DNA of 64,000 nt from the human T2T-CHM13v2.0 reference genome, Homo sapiens: the NCBI RefSeq assembly GCF_009914755.1, contig NC_060928.1, one strand, 5' to 3'. Made by a program: the position numbers and the translations under genes. The notes under the pieces are model-generated. The model searched no databases, was not told where the DNA came from, and saw only the letters and a list, made by a program, of their open reading frames with translations. Shown piece after piece: positions 14,271 through 28,700 of the stretch. Each line of letters begins with the position of its first letter. Position 1 is the first letter of the stretch.

Positions 14271-14538
14271 CTAGTCCATGCCCAAGGCCCTCATGGCCTT
14301 TTTGGCATTCAAAAAGTTCTTCTTTTTCCTGGGAGGAACGTGCAGTGAGATCTCTGGCTCCTTTGGATTTCTGAATATAAAGAGCTTCTCTCCTGTGTTT
14401 AATAGATCAATGGTTTCTGCCCCTACAATGGGTACAGGGGCCAGTTCGCCAATGGGCTCCAGTGACAGGTGTGGCCAACTTCCTTTTCCAGAGAATATCA
14501 TCCTCTCTCTGAGAGGGAGACATGTCTTCTTTAATATG
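14271..14538 (-). CDS. EVC2: EVC2 terminal exon 22 coding part (268 nt): (S)ILKKTCLPLRER...KKKNFLNAKKAMRALGMD*, includes the C-terminal Weyers (W) peptide
   Basis: ctatttctttag|CATATTA acceptor; TAG at 14273-14271; C-terminus recognised as EVC2; six exons sum to 1098 nt in frame. Confidence 0.97.
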
Positions 14539-14704
14539 CTAAAGAAATAGCAAAAGATCAAATTCAATATTTTTGGCAATGAACCCTCTGGAGTGTTCTG
14601 AGTTCTCCAAGAGAATCCCTCCTTGGGTCCTGAATTCCCCAACCCAGTGCCATTTTAACAAAAGGTTATTTTCCCCCTTGGTCACCAGATTGCTGTAAAA
14701 TTAG

Positions 14705-15228
<524 letters not shown>

Positions 15229-16680
15229 AGCCTCACTCTAAAAGCAGGCTAATGAAACCTGGTTACAAGGCAACAGTTAGAAGTCAGGCAAAATGCGTTT
15301 GCCATAGAAGAGTGTGGCACACTTTGAGAATGTCCCATAAAAAAGCTGCTGGAATCCTGGCCATGGGCAGTCCAACCCCTGACTCCCAGGCTGCTCTTGA
15401 TAATGATCGTGACGACCACCAAGAGCCCTATACATCCTGAAAGCCACAGCGCTCTCTCTCTGCCCAAGCAGGGCAGGACAAGGCCATGTCACTGGGGATG
15501 CACCTGCTGCATGTCAACGGCAGGCTTGCTGACCCTCCCAGAAGGCATGTGGTAGATTCCACTCCATTGCCATCACCACTAATTACTGCCCTTGGAGCTA
15601 CTAAGTCTGCACAAGGATTCAAACCCAGCTCTGTGTCTCCACCATGGTGCCTCTAGGCAGAGCAAAGGCCCGCAGAGTGAGCCAGGACAGTGGGACCATC
15701 ATGTCTCTTGATCTGTATCCACTCCACTTCTATTAGTGCAGCCTAGGAATGTTCCTAATGGAATATTTTAGAGTTCTATAGAATGAATTTAATTTTCTTT
15801 TTCTAGGATTGCATGTACTTCTCTTGGCCAATATCCTGATCTAACTTATCTGAGACTATATTGTGATAACCAGGCTACTAATGGTTCCAAGCGCTTTATC
15901 ATGAGTAATCTATGAAGCTCGGTCTCAGCACCTTCAACTGAGCTCTGAGAAATTGTGGAAGGGGCAGGACTGAGGTAGACATGTCCGTTGAACAGCCACT
16001 GTTTCTGGACTACACACTGATATCACTGTTTAACCCCTTATGAATCTACCTGATGTTGCTTTTTGTTTCCACATCTTCTCTAGCTGGAATCACAGAAGAC
16101 ATTGGACAATGGTTTGCAGCAATTTGAGACCACTCTGCCCCTCACTTCCCTCTGTCTGTAGGTGTGTGATAGCCACAGCCAAGGAAAAAGGCATTGGGGT
16201 GAAGGTAAAGAGCGCAAGCCTGGAAGTTTAAGAAAATAAAGGGGGCAGTGAGGCAGCCCCAAATCTCATGACCACTGTTTACCAGCTGTTGGCCTGGGGC
16301 CTCTTCTGACCTCCCTGAGCTTCCATTTTATCATCCCCACTTTCTGGAAGGCTCAATGCAGCAAGACATGAAAGGGCTTTGTGAACAGTAGCTATAAGGA
16401 ATTCTTCTAATTACATTCCATTAAAAATAGCCATTAGCTAAAACAAATACAGAATGTAAATGTTAATAAATGTTGAGAACATTCTCTCACTGCTAGCCAC
16501 AAGCTCATCTTCAGCTTCTAAACTCAGCCCACTGAATAAAGATTTGTGGTCTTCAGGGTCACAAATCTTTGTCTGTTTGCAGCAACCTCCTTTCCTTGTC
16601 ACCTCCTGCCTCCCCAGCCTGGCCCACAGGCAGCTTAGCTCACCCCCTCCCCAGCCACATGAGCAGGTGCCCATCATTAC

Positions 16681-16782
16681 CTCTGCTTTCTCTTGCGGGC
16701 CCACAGCATCTTTTCTAATCCTCTGCTTATCAGATCTCCTCGCAGTTTGCCATCTAAGGCTTGCCACCAGCTCTGGTGTTTC
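16681..16782 (-). CDS. EVC2: EVC2 exon 21 (102 nt, phase 2/2): KHQSWWQALDGKLRGDLISRGLEKMLWARKRKQ
   Basis: cttgcctgcag|GAAACAC acceptor, GAG|gtaatg donor; translated by hand. Confidence 0.95.
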
Positions 16783-16819
16783 CTGCAGGCAAGAAGGGAG
16801 TCTTATAGTTTCAAAAATA

Positions 16820-17112
16820 CGCCTGTAATCCCACTGTAATCCCAGCACTTTGGAAGGCAGAGGCGGGCAGATCACCTGAGGTCAGGAGTTCAAGACCAGC
16901 CTGGCCAACATGGTGAAACCCAGTCTCTACTAAAAAATACAAAAATTAGCAGGGCGTGGTAGTGGGCACCTGTAATCCCAGCTACTCCGGAGGCTGAGGC
17001 AGAAAGAATCGCTTGAACCCAGGAGGCGGAGGTTGCAGTGAGCTGAGATCACGCCATTGTACTCCAGCCTGGGCGACAGAGTGAGACTCCATCTCAAAAA
17101 AAAAAAAAAAAA
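16820..17112 (+). mobile_element. AluSx-like, 5'-truncated, with duplicated ctgtaatccca
   Basis: Alu body plus poly(A); lacks the GGCCGGGCGCGG start. Confidence 0.92.
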
Positions 17113-19866
17113 GAATAGAATCTTTAAGTGATGAGTAATCCTACCCATCTCTCAATGCCACCTTTGGTTGCCACTAGGAACCCCCATCCCCAGAGTGTTC
17201 ACCATTTATTCTTTCACTCATTCACTGCACATCCATCAAACGCCTTCTGCAGCCTCATCAAGATGCAACCTCTGCCCTCAAGGGGCCAAGTCTATGGGAT
17301 CACAGACAGAAGAAGGCTGACGGGTTGGGGGAGACATTTGAGCAAAGGGAGCCCTTGGGGCACTCACGAAGGAATGGGATCTGTGCACTGACTTATATAC
17401 TGGCTGCCTCCCCCACTGGGATGAATGCTCTACGCAAGCAGGGCTTTGTCTCTTACCCTCCACATAGCCCTAGTACCTAAGAGAGAGGACACAGTGGGAG
17501 CTCCACAACTGCTTTATGCATATACAAATACAGAAGTTGGGAAAGTACAGGCGAAGCCTGGAAGGTGGGCTAGGCAGGGAGCCCTAAAGCCATGAAGGTG
17601 CGTGGTCCTAGACTGAAGGAGAGGGCGTTGGAGAGTGTTGCCCGGGACAGTGGGAGGTGTCAAGTCAAGCCAATAAAGGATGTGCTAGATTCATTCCCCC
17701 TGCCTTGGCGGCTCACACCTGCCCAGGTGGTGGTGGAGATGGAGCCTCTTCCACACTGGGCCAGGCAGGCTCTCTCCCAGGAGTCTAACTCCTGGAGCAG
17801 AGAAGGGCGGTCTTCTGAAGGCAGCACCCGAGAGGATGCCCAGAGTGCTTCCCTGGCCCTGCCCTTCCTGAGGCCTGAACACTGGCTCTTTCCTGGATTT
17901 TGACATGGCCCTCAATACACCCCATTCTTGCTTGGATTAATTATTCAGTTCCCATTGCTTGAAACCCAAGACTCATAACTGATGTAATGGCCGGATGCTA
18001 GCTGCTGGGGACACAAGAATAGTGCATGCCCTGCCCTCAGAGATTGGGTTAGTGGCCTGGGACTCCAGAGTCATCCAGGCTGCCTGGCCATGAGGCTGGG
18101 CAAAGAAAGGCCATGCTCATGCCCATGGTGACATTGACCTCAAGCCCTCTTGCCTCGTCCCAGCTTGGCCTGTCCATCTCTCCCCACTGGCCTCCCAAAC
18201 TAAGCTGGCTGAAGGGGAAGCACCAAAAACAAAGTCCACAGGGGTGGTAGGCAGGCGGAAGTGGCCTCCCCGCAGCCACACACGTTCCTACTCCAGAGTC
18301 ACCTTGAATACTTGCCACCTGCATGTCCGTGCACGCAGGCAGGCAGCACACTGGGAAAACCAGGCTGTGAAACCTGGTTTTATTTTTAATATTATTAATA
18401 ATAGTAATATGATTGGCTCCTAATATTCCATGGAGGAGCGTAGCATAGAGCATGTAACTGTCATCCTGTCACTGGACATTCCGTTTGGCAGAGGTGGCCT
18501 CCTTCTGGCTCCCTCTTGTTCCTCTGACCAGCCCACACCCAGCCCTCTGACCACGCCAACAACCAGACCTCTGACCCCCTAACATGCAGCCAGCCCTCTG
18601 ACTGCGGTCCACAACCCACTTCCTGACTATACTGGGCCCCAAGGCCACTAGGAAGGCTCTTCGACACTGTGGCCTCCTGCCCACACCCACAGATGTTCCC
18701 TCTTCCCCACCCTCCCCCTCACCCTGGTCAGACTCTATTCACCCTCAGCAGCGCTTCTTGGATTTTGGGGTCAGATACTCTGATAAAAAGTATCTCTGAT
18801 AAGGAAAACATTACCCCTTTTCTCAGGACAAATGCTATCTACACAGTCATGATGGTTCAGCAGGCTCTCGGGCTCCCAGATGCCCTCCTGGCCTCCTCTG
18901 CATCCTTGCTGAGGCTGTGAGCTCTGCATCCTGGTGCAATGTTTTCATCCTGGCCATGGCTTTCCTTGCAGCCTCATTCCCCACCTACTCCATCCTCAAG
19001 GGGTACTGCTGGCTGCCCCCCAAACCCGCCTTACTCCACACCCCTTCCTGCCTTTCCCCATAAAAAGCCTTTAATGACCAAATTCACACCTGGGGCCCCA
19101 TCCTAAAGGAGACTGTCTATGCAGAGTTACCCATAATTTAAAAAAAAATGGGCCCAAACTGAATGTCAAGTGACAGGATGACAGTTACATGCTCTATGCT
19201 ACACCCCTTAGCATGAGGAGCCAGTAAAAATAATATCCACCTGTGCCACGTGTCAATAACATTGAAAGAATAAAATTTAAATGAATAACACTAGCAGGAA
19301 ATAGAATCTAAGTAATGGGATAAGAATTACATAGGGGGATGTTTGCATGAGCGTTAAAAGGTAAGGAGCAAAATCACTTCTGCTGTAAGATTCTGAAATG
19401 CAGAATGTAGCAAGGCTGTATCCACAGCGTGCTCACTCCACACTCGACACACAAATACACATATTTACATGCACAACACACTCACACATTTACATACCAA
19501 CACACAAACACATGCTCCCACACTTGCAGACACACGCTTGTAAAACCCAGCAGAGAAACACATTCTGGAGGAAGAAATGTAACAGGATGCTAGCAGTCAT
19601 TTTTCTAGGTCATAAAACCATGGATATTTCTTTCTCTTCTTCCTCTTTTTATGCATTTTTTTTTTTACGTTTTCTTTAATGGGCATGCATGAAATATTTA
19701 TGGCTCTGGGTGAACTTATTTTCTTAAGATTCTATTTAAAAAATAAATTGGTAACAAAATTAAAAAGTATGGACAAAATACATGGGCCTCCCATGACCTT
19801 GAGGACTCATGGGGACCCTTGTGGACAGGGACGTGCCCCGGGAGGCAGCCCCTCCACGGCACTCAC

Positions 19867-20063
19867 CTCCGCCTGCCCACGTCGGCCTGCTCCGCTCCGC
19901 CATCGCTCTCAGCTGCGTGGTCCACATGTCTCTCGGTGGCCGAATCCAGCAGGGCCAGCAGCTGAGGCTGTGAGGCTGTGGGCAGTACCACACTCAGGAG
20001 CCGGCGAAGCGTGGCCCCGGGCACCATGGCCATCCTCGCCAGGTACGATGCCAGTCTCAGCTC
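19867..20063 (-). CDS. EVC2: EVC2 exon 20 (197 nt, phase 0/2): ELRLASYLARMAMVPGATLRRLL...QADVGRR
   Basis: ttcctgtag|GAGCTG acceptor, GAG|gtgagt donor; CpG-rich; translated by hand (not in the ORF track frame). Confidence 0.95.
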
Positions 20064-20419
20064 CTACAGGAAACAACAGAGGGAGTTCAGACCCTCGCCG
20101 CCTCTCAACTTGAACCATCATTTTTAATTTATCACATTCTGAGGACATTCTGTCCTGGAGTGATAAATATTTCAGTAGCTTAGTCTGGAAAACATGTTCC
20201 CGAACTTTCAGAGCTGTCAAAAAAAACCTATTTGGTCAGCAACCTTGGCTCCCCAGGACGCTTCTAAAGCCTCCATCCATCCCGTCCAACTGCTCTCAAG
20301 TCACTGGGGCAGTACCCAAATCCCCACAGCAAAAGCCCTGCAGCAGGGTGATTCAAAATGAATGTACTTTCTCCTCCTCCTCACATTCTGTGAGGCCATT
20401 AGGCACCAGGCGAGCAGTG

Positions 20420-20975
20420 CAGGCTCTGGAAACAACAGAAGTGTCCCTAAACCAGTGGACAATTGAAGACACTGTGCTATACCCATGCCACAGGATACCA
20501 CTCTGCAGTCAGAAGAAAGAACTGGAAGGATCCCAGGGGCATTATGCCGAGTGGAAACAGCCAGTCTCCAAAGGTCACGTGCTGCGTGATTCCATGCATG
20601 TAACCACCTGGGCGTGATGAGACTTGGAACTGGAGAGCGGCAGTGGATGCCAGGTGTGGGGCAGGGGAGGTGGGTGTGGCCTTAAAGGGGCAGCCCAGGG
20701 TGGCCTTTGTGGTGGTTGACAGCTCTGTGTCTTGATGGTGCTGCTGGTTACATGAATGTGCATAGGATAAAATGACAGAGAACTATACGTACATTTTATA
20801 TCGATGTCAACTTCCTGGTTCTGATGCTGTCTGACAGGAACCATTGGGGAAAATTGAGTGAAACTCTCTGAAACTCTATACTAGCTTTGTAACTTCTTGT
20901 GAATCTAAAATAACTTCAAAATTAAAAATTTTGGCCAGGCATGGGGGCTCACATCTGTAATCCCAGCACTTTGGA
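20420..20975 (+). mobile_element. Old L1 3' end followed by a ~40-nt Alu 5' stub (20933-20974)
   Basis: L1M 3' UTR motifs ending gtgaatctaaaataacttcaaaattaaaa; then ggccaggcatgggggctcacatctgtaatcccagcactttgg. Confidence 0.7.
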
Positions 20976-21934
20976 CAGCTGGAGAGGAAAAGAGGCCCCA
21001 GGACAGAGCTATTGGGTGCCCAAAGGCCATGAGAAGGAGCAGTGTCCAGCCAGGGGCCTGTGCAGGGGCAGGCAGGGGTGGGAGGGAACAAGTCCAGGTG
21101 CCGGAAGCCAAGGAGAGAACGTGTTCAGAAGGGTGGGCTGGGGGTTCAGAGACCACAGAGAGGTCAGGAGACACAAACACAGGGACTCGACCCCTTGGAA
21201 ACATGGGGTCGCTGTGACCTTGGTAAGTGCTTTCAGTGAAGGCACGAGGAAAGGTGCTGTTCCAAATACCAAAGCTCCTTCCACGTCCTGACGCTCCCCA
21301 TCCATGGCCTCCCTCCACTGTCACACTGAAATACTTGTTCTTCCCTGACCGTCCTGCTCGCCCAGGCCACTGAGCCCTTACCCATGAGCTTCCTTCAGCC
21401 TAGAGTACATTTCTCCTAAGCTACTCTCTGTCTCTCTCCAGCGCATTCTTTTGGACTCTACATGAGTCTTCCCTGACCCCATCTTCTGGGTCAGGTGTCC
21501 CTCCTCTGATCTCACATTGGTTTTAACCAACTCTGCTGTAACTGTCCCATTTCTAGTGTGCCTCTGGAACTAGGCTCTTAGGATGAAGTCAGTGACACAC
21601 GCTTCTCTGTCCCCAGCACTTAACCCCATTCCTGGAACAGAGAGGGTGACCAACAGACATTTGTTGGATAAACAGTGACTTCATAAACACCCTGCAGATT
21701 CACCTCTTCCTGAGGCAGGGTCTAAACCTTTATAGCTGGGATCCCACCAGTCAATATGGGGACAGGCCAGCTCATTATCACAGCCCTTCCAGCTCCAGTG
21801 GTCCCTGATCAGTAATCCTCCAGACAAGTCAATTCACCAGGTCAAGTCTTACTAAAATTGGTGACACAAAAAGCATTCACATGGGTCAAGAGCTTTGAAT
21901 CTGATGCCACATCTACAGACAGAAATGGACCACA

Positions 21935-22890
<956 letters not shown>

Positions 22891-23133
22891 AAAGAAATGG
22901 AACATAAAGCAACACAGGGACACAGCTCTCTAGGCAAAGGAGAGTGACAGAGAGGCCCAGAGTGGCCAGTGGACAGCCTCTCTCCCCACTTCCTCCCTGC
23001 TCCTCTCCACAGGATGAAGGAGCAGCAAGAGGAGTAAGGACAAAGAGAGAAATGGAGGACTGAGCTTCCCTGATGATTCTTTTCTCTAGTACAAAAAGAA
23101 AACGGCAAAATATGGGGCTTCCTCCAGTCTGGA

Positions 23134-23546
23134 TGTGCTGGTTCATTTTATGTGTCCATTTGGCTGGGCCACTGTGCCCAGATGTTCAGTTGAGCATTCC
23201 TCTTGTTGTTTCTGTGGGGGTGTTTTGGGATGAGATTAACATGTAAATTGGTGGACTCTGAGGGAAGTCGATGGCCTGCCATAATGTGGCTGGCCTCAGC
23301 CATCAGCTGAAGGCCTGGAGAGAACAAGAAGGCTGACCAGTCCTGAGCAGAAGATAATCCTTTCAGCAGATGGCCTTGGGATTCGAACTGCAACTCCTTC
23401 CTGAGTCTCCAGCCTGCAGGCCAACCCTGCAGAATTTGGACTCATCGGCCTCCACAATCACGGCAGCCAATTCCTTCAATAAATCTCTTTCTCTACAGAG
23501 ATGCATCCTATCAGTTCTGTTTCTCTGGAGGACTCTTATTAATACA
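23134..23546 (+). mobile_element. MLT2-type (ERVL) solo LTR
   Basis: tgtgctggttcattttatgtgtc...ttctgtttctctggagg...taataca; TSD ctgga/cagga. Confidence 0.82.
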
Positions 23547-23711
23547 CAGGAGTTGGGAAGAAAGAAATTCAGCTGAGTAGATATTATTGGGCAGACTATA
23601 CAAAGCACCAAGTTGGGGACAGAGAAAAAAAACAATCCTACCTGGTGCCTGCTGCCCAGAGCTTCCGGTCTGGCAGTATTTATTCTGCATAGAGCCAATT
23701 CTTCAGCAGAG

Positions 23712-24122
23712 TGCTATTGTTTGAACATTTGTATCTCTTCCAAAACTCATGTTGAAACTTAACCACAAATGCCACTATTAGGGAGGGGGGCCTTCTGAAG
23801 GTGATGAGGTCATAAGGGCTCTGCCTTCAAGAATGGGATTAGTGTCTTATAAAAGGGCTCCAGGGAACTAGCTTAGCCCTTTTTGCCTTCCCATCCCCTC
23901 TGCCACATAAGGACCCGGCTTTCCTGTCCTCCAAAGGATGCAGCAACAATGCACCATCTTGGAAGCAGAGAGCAGTTCTCACCAGACACTGCATCTGCAG
24001 GTACCTTGATTTCGGACTTCCCAGCCTCCAGAATTATGAGAAAATTGATAAAGAATTTCTATTCTTTATAAATTATCCAGTCTAGGAATTTTGTGTAGTA
24101 GCAGAAACAGACTGAGATGCAT
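23712..24122 (+). mobile_element. MSTC/D- or MLT1A-like solo LTR
   Basis: tgctattgtttgaa...aaactcatgttgaaactta...ataaattatccagtct. Confidence 0.75.
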
Positions 24123-24574
24123 ACAGAGTTCACAATTTAAAAGGGCCCAGAATCTAGAAATGAACCTGGTGAAATTCTGCTGGTGACACTGGCTTTCTGT
24201 GAAGTCTCAAAGTGACAAAGATAAAGGTGGGGGAATCAAAGTTGAGAGTGGGAGATGGCTCAGTTACGCAGAGACATAGGCCGGGGTGGTCATCTGCTTC
24301 AGATCCTTTACAGTCGGTCAGGAAGAGCAGAGTATGTGCATCACCAAGCTGGGCTGAATCCCAAGCCCCCCACGAGCAGTGGCGGGCCCTCATGCCCTCA
24401 CCACCTCTCTTTGCCTCAGTCCCTTTATTCATAAAACAGGATAATACTGCCTGTTTCCCATCTTTCTGCAAGGATTAAATGAATAACAGGCATGGCAGGT
24501 GTTCAGGAAGTACCAGCTCCTCCCCTGCCCTGTTTGGACACTGTCACTCCAGTGCTAACACTGGCACCTTGTTT

Positions 24575-25148
24575 GGCACAGTCAACAGAATAATGATCCC
24601 TCCCCAAAATGTCCCATCCTGGGACCTGCGAAGATGTCACCTTATAAGGCGAAGGGTACTTTGCAAGTGGGAGTAAGGTCAGGGGCCTTGAGATAGGGTG
24701 GGAAAGTGGTTATCTTAGATTATCCAGGTGGTTCCAATATAATTACCATGTGGGTCCTTAAAAGTAGAGACCTTTCCTGCTGTGTTAGGTCAGAGAGAGA
24801 TGTGAGGAGGATGGAAGAAGGGCCAGAGAGATGCAATTTTGCTGGCTTTGAAGATGAAGAAAGGAGGCCATGAGCCAAGGAATGTAGGTGCCACTGGAAG
24901 CCAGCAAAGAAACAAGGACCTCAGTCCTACAACCACAATGGGCTGAACCCTGCCAATTACTTAAGTGAGCAGGAAACAGATTCTCCCCCTAAAGCTTCCG
25001 AAAGGCAGGCAAATCCGCCAACACCTTGATTTTTGCCTGGAGAAACCGATGTTGGATTTCTGACCTCCAGAACTTTAAGGTAAGTTTGTAGCTGTGATAA
25101 GCTGCTGTTTGTGGTCATTTGTGACAGCAGTGATAGGAAACGAATTCA
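24575..25148 (+). mobile_element. MLT1D/E-like solo LTR
   Basis: cagaataatgatccctccccaaaatgtcc...gctggctttgaagatgaaga...cagcagtgataggaaacgaattca. Confidence 0.75.
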
Positions 25149-26109
25149 TTCAGGAAGCTCGGTGTGCCTGTGGATGCAGCCAGCTGGACGCCTAAAAGCG
25201 CCCTAACCCCTCCTTCCTGCTGACTCCCTTCTTAGAGGCTGGGGGGCAAAGTGACTCGCACCTCCCCTGCAGCTAGCAAGGCCCACGGGTCAGCTCTCAG
25301 GTTGCGAGGGAAACCTGCTGCAGGGACTTGGAGGCATTTGCTTCCTTGATGAGAAAGAACGGGCATGGTGGCAGTTCTTTGACCTCTTCCCTCCTTGCTC
25401 TGAAAGTTATTGCAGCTGGAACTGTGAGAAGGAACTGTGGAAAGAATCACAGAACATGACCCTGATGTCACTGCATCAGCGAGCACCTCTCTGGAGTCGT
25501 GTGGCTCGCATTCACCACTGTCTGAAGTTGTATTTCCTGCTACTTACAGACACCAGAAGCACAGGAAGCCCATCGCAGGATGCGTATAAAACCCGATCGG
25601 TAGCAGACAGTCAGGTACATGACTGCATAAGGCTCCGTGCACAGCCTCAGGGCTCTGTATCAGGAAGGGAGGTGAGTCTGCAACTCTGGCCAAGGATGAG
25701 AAAGGTTGGCTGATCTCCACTCAGAGAGGTGTAGTGTGGGGTGCAGTATCACTGATTGATGGCTCTGGCCCAGTTTTCTCTTACCCACTTTCTTCCCGGT
25801 AGAACCTACTTTTTGTATATTAAACTTAGTTAAAGATTGAGAAGAAGGACAATATTTGGGTGCCTGCCAAATCACAGAAAAGACATCGACTGGGGCACAT
25901 GTGATTATGGTTGCGGTTGCTGCCATTAGCACTGATTGAGCACCCTCTGTGTGCTGGGCCCATGCTAGAGCTTCGCACACATCTGCTCTGCAGGTTCCAA
26001 GGCTGGCTTTTCATCACCATCCTGGAGGTGAGGAAATGTGGATTCTGAGAAAAAGATGAAGTGACGTGCTGGCAAGGGGTGGCCTCAGACCCTGCCAGTA
26101 CCTTCTCAC

Positions 26110-26197
26110 CTGGCTGCACAGGGTTGCAAAGGTGTCTGCCTCCATGTTTTCCAACAAGTCTTCTAGCACGACACTGTTCTGTTGTTCCTCTCTCAAA
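26110..26197 (-). CDS. EVC2: EVC2 exon 19 (88 nt, phase 2/0): (C)LREEQQNSVVLEDLLENMEADTFATLCSQ
   Basis: ttcactccag|TTTGAG acceptor, CAG|gtgaga donor; phases fit exons 18 and 20. Confidence 0.96.
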
Positions 26198-27664
26198 CTG
26201 GAGTGAAAATAAAATATACGTAAGTTCAGTTTTGTTATAAAGTGATACTATGAGATCATCTAGTTATTTAAATAACAAAGAAGCACACATCTCAGCCATA
26301 TGATTTTAAAAATATGTCCATAGAAAGAGATGGCCAGAAAGACTGCCTTCCTTTTCTTGCCTAGGCTACTTTGCACATAACATGTCAAGGAGGGTTTCCT
26401 CAGAAGGAGGCTCCTCGAAGTGAAAAGTTTCATGGGAGCTATAAGGAGACTTTCCTATGGCTTTACAGGGTGATCTCTGTGATGCTGCTTTGAAAACTCT
26501 GCATCAGTCCTCATGGTGATGACCAAGAAGACCAAGATCTGGGGTCTACACCCACCATGTGCCCTTGGATTGATGCAGACCCAGAACAAAAGGATGACAC
26601 CTTTTCACATGAGGCTTCCTGACGCCCACACGAGGGGGTCTGCTTAACACATGCCTTAGCTAATGCAAGTCAGCTTTGTGGATCTGCCTCGTGCTCTTCC
26701 TGGCTAATACACCCCAGACCTTCTGCAAGTGCAACTCAAATCAAAAGTTTGAACACAAGCCATCTCCTCCAGGAGCATATGAATACTATATGCCCTAAAA
26801 TCCCAGGCTAAATCAAGCCAATGCCTTTGAGCATTTCCCTCCAACCACGCAGATGGGGCCCCCTCACAATTATTTCGATGGGACAGAACTGCACTTTGAT
26901 GCATTTACACAGAAGAGCGTGATAGGATGAATGAAAATCATCTGTAATTTCACTGCCCAGAAATCACATCCACTGAAATTTGGTCTATTTCCTTCCAATT
27001 AGCGTGTGCGTGTGTTTGCAAAAATTAACCACGCTGTGTATAGACTTTGCCTCCAGTCCTTTCCATGTCCATTTTTTATTCACAGTGGAAAAGTATGAAG
27101 CTGTTAAAAATTGTGTTTTTCCAAGGATTCTTAATGCCACAGCCAAGGCTAAGTGCCTAATGTGAATTGAAAAACAACGCAAAGAACAACAACAACAAAA
27201 AGACTGGGGGTCTGTCTGTTTTATAATTTTACAAAAGCAGGATATAAAATACTATGCTTATGGTGAAATTGCAATAAGGCCTGTAGTCTAGTTCACTGTC
27301 TTGTGACAATGTCAATTCACATACCATGATTATGTCAGATGTTTCCAAGAAGGAAAGCTGGGGGAAGGGTACATGGCACTCTCCCTACTACCTTTGCAAC
27401 TTCTTGTGAGTCTATATTTCAAAATAAAAAGTTTAAAAATATTACGTTTGGTAAAACTTCAATGATATTAAATTTAAAAAAGAAGGGCATCAGGGAAGAA
27501 AGAGTATGCTACAAAGCCAGCAGCTCGTGTTGGAGCAATGGGATGACACCTTAGGCAAGAGGGTGAGAGCCCAGGTGGGTACGGGTGGGCTGAGTTGGAG
27601 ATGCCAGGTTCTCCAGGACTGCTGGGGACTAATATCTTTGAGTGCTACGGGGCACACGGCATAC

Positions 27665-27879
27665 CACTGCTGATGTTGCTCCAGTAATGTCTGGCTCTTG
27701 CTCAGGGCTTGGTGCAGGACAGTAGAGACCTGCCTTTCAGAATCCACCTCCCCAGGTTCGTTCAGAATCCCGGGCCCATCGGCCACCCACTGCTGCCAGC
27801 TCGCCAGGGCCTGCTGCTGCTGGGCTGCCTCCTGCTGCACCAGCTGGTCCTCCAGCTTCCTCTCCAACTCCTGGAGCTC
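27665..27879 (-). CDS. EVC2: EVC2 exon 18 (215 nt, phase 0/2): ELQELERKLEDQLVQQ...LLEQHQQ
   Basis: ccttgtgtag|GAGCTC acceptor, CAGTG|gtatgc donor; lies inside ORF 27490..27867; frame continuous with neighbours. Confidence 0.96.
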
Positions 27880-28479
27880 CTACACAAGGAAGGGGCAGAG
27901 GGTAAGCACCACTGCACAAGGCGGGTGGGGTGGAGGACAAAATCTGACCTCCTGGGTGTCTTGCTACAAGTCTGGCATGACTCTGTCTTGCCTGGTTCCC
28001 CATCCAGCTGTGCCACATGGTGCAATGTGAGTGCACCACGATCTCTCACCCCTGTGTCACCTCCATGCCTCCACATAGGCCGTTCCCTCCACCTGCAGTG
28101 CCTTTCTCTGTCTGCCTGACCAATCCCCAGTCTTCTTTCACCCCTCCGCTTAAGAAGAAACTCCTTGGTGAAGGGCTCCTCAGCGAAAGGATCCCTGAGT
28201 TCCTTGGGAGACACAGATGCCCTCTCCTCATGTGCCCACTCACTACCCCTTGCATGCACTCTGTTTCCTGTCACCTGAAATCACTGTCCTGTGCCTTTCT
28301 GCTACAGTGTGAGCTCTTTGAGGGCAGGGCTGTGTCTCCTTCTCCCTGCCTGCAAAGTGCCTGGTGGCTGGCACCTGTCACTGCATATGGTGGGGTATCT
28401 GCATGCACCCGGCATGGACGAAAGCCAGGCTGGAACACAGCAACTATGGCTAACACCACCAGTACCATCAGGGTGCCGA

Positions 28480-28700
28480 GCACTGCTCTGTGTACTTTCC
28501 ATACGTGAATCTCACTGAACACTTACAACAATCCTTCAGAATACATACTCTAAGTTCTCTTGCTTTATAGGTAAAGGAACTGAGGCAGACAGAGTTAAAT
28601 TAATTTGTCAGATGATGTAACTATTGAGTGGCAGATCCTGAATTTCAAGCCAGGCTAGCTGGCTCTGAAATTGCAGTCTTAACCACTAAGCTACATTGTC
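28480..28700 (-). mobile_element. MIR (representative; other MIR remnants near 0.7-1.1, 12.2, 13.1, 13.6, 26.0, 29.8, 30.7, 51.6, 55.5, 58.3, 61.3-61.6 kb)
   Basis: Core ...ggaactgaggcagacagagttaaattaatttg... Confidence 0.7.

Noticed and set aside
14539-14642. N-terminal extension of ORF 14271..14642
   Set aside because: Intronic read-through upstream of the exon 22 acceptor
19679-20220. CpG-rich patch and ORFs suggesting a promoter or antisense gene
   Set aside because: Explained by coding exon 20; too short for a CpG island
27698-28508. Several overlapping 100-170 aa ORFs on both strands
   Set aside because: Shadow frames of GC-rich exon 18 and adjacent intron/L2 sequence; no recognisable domains
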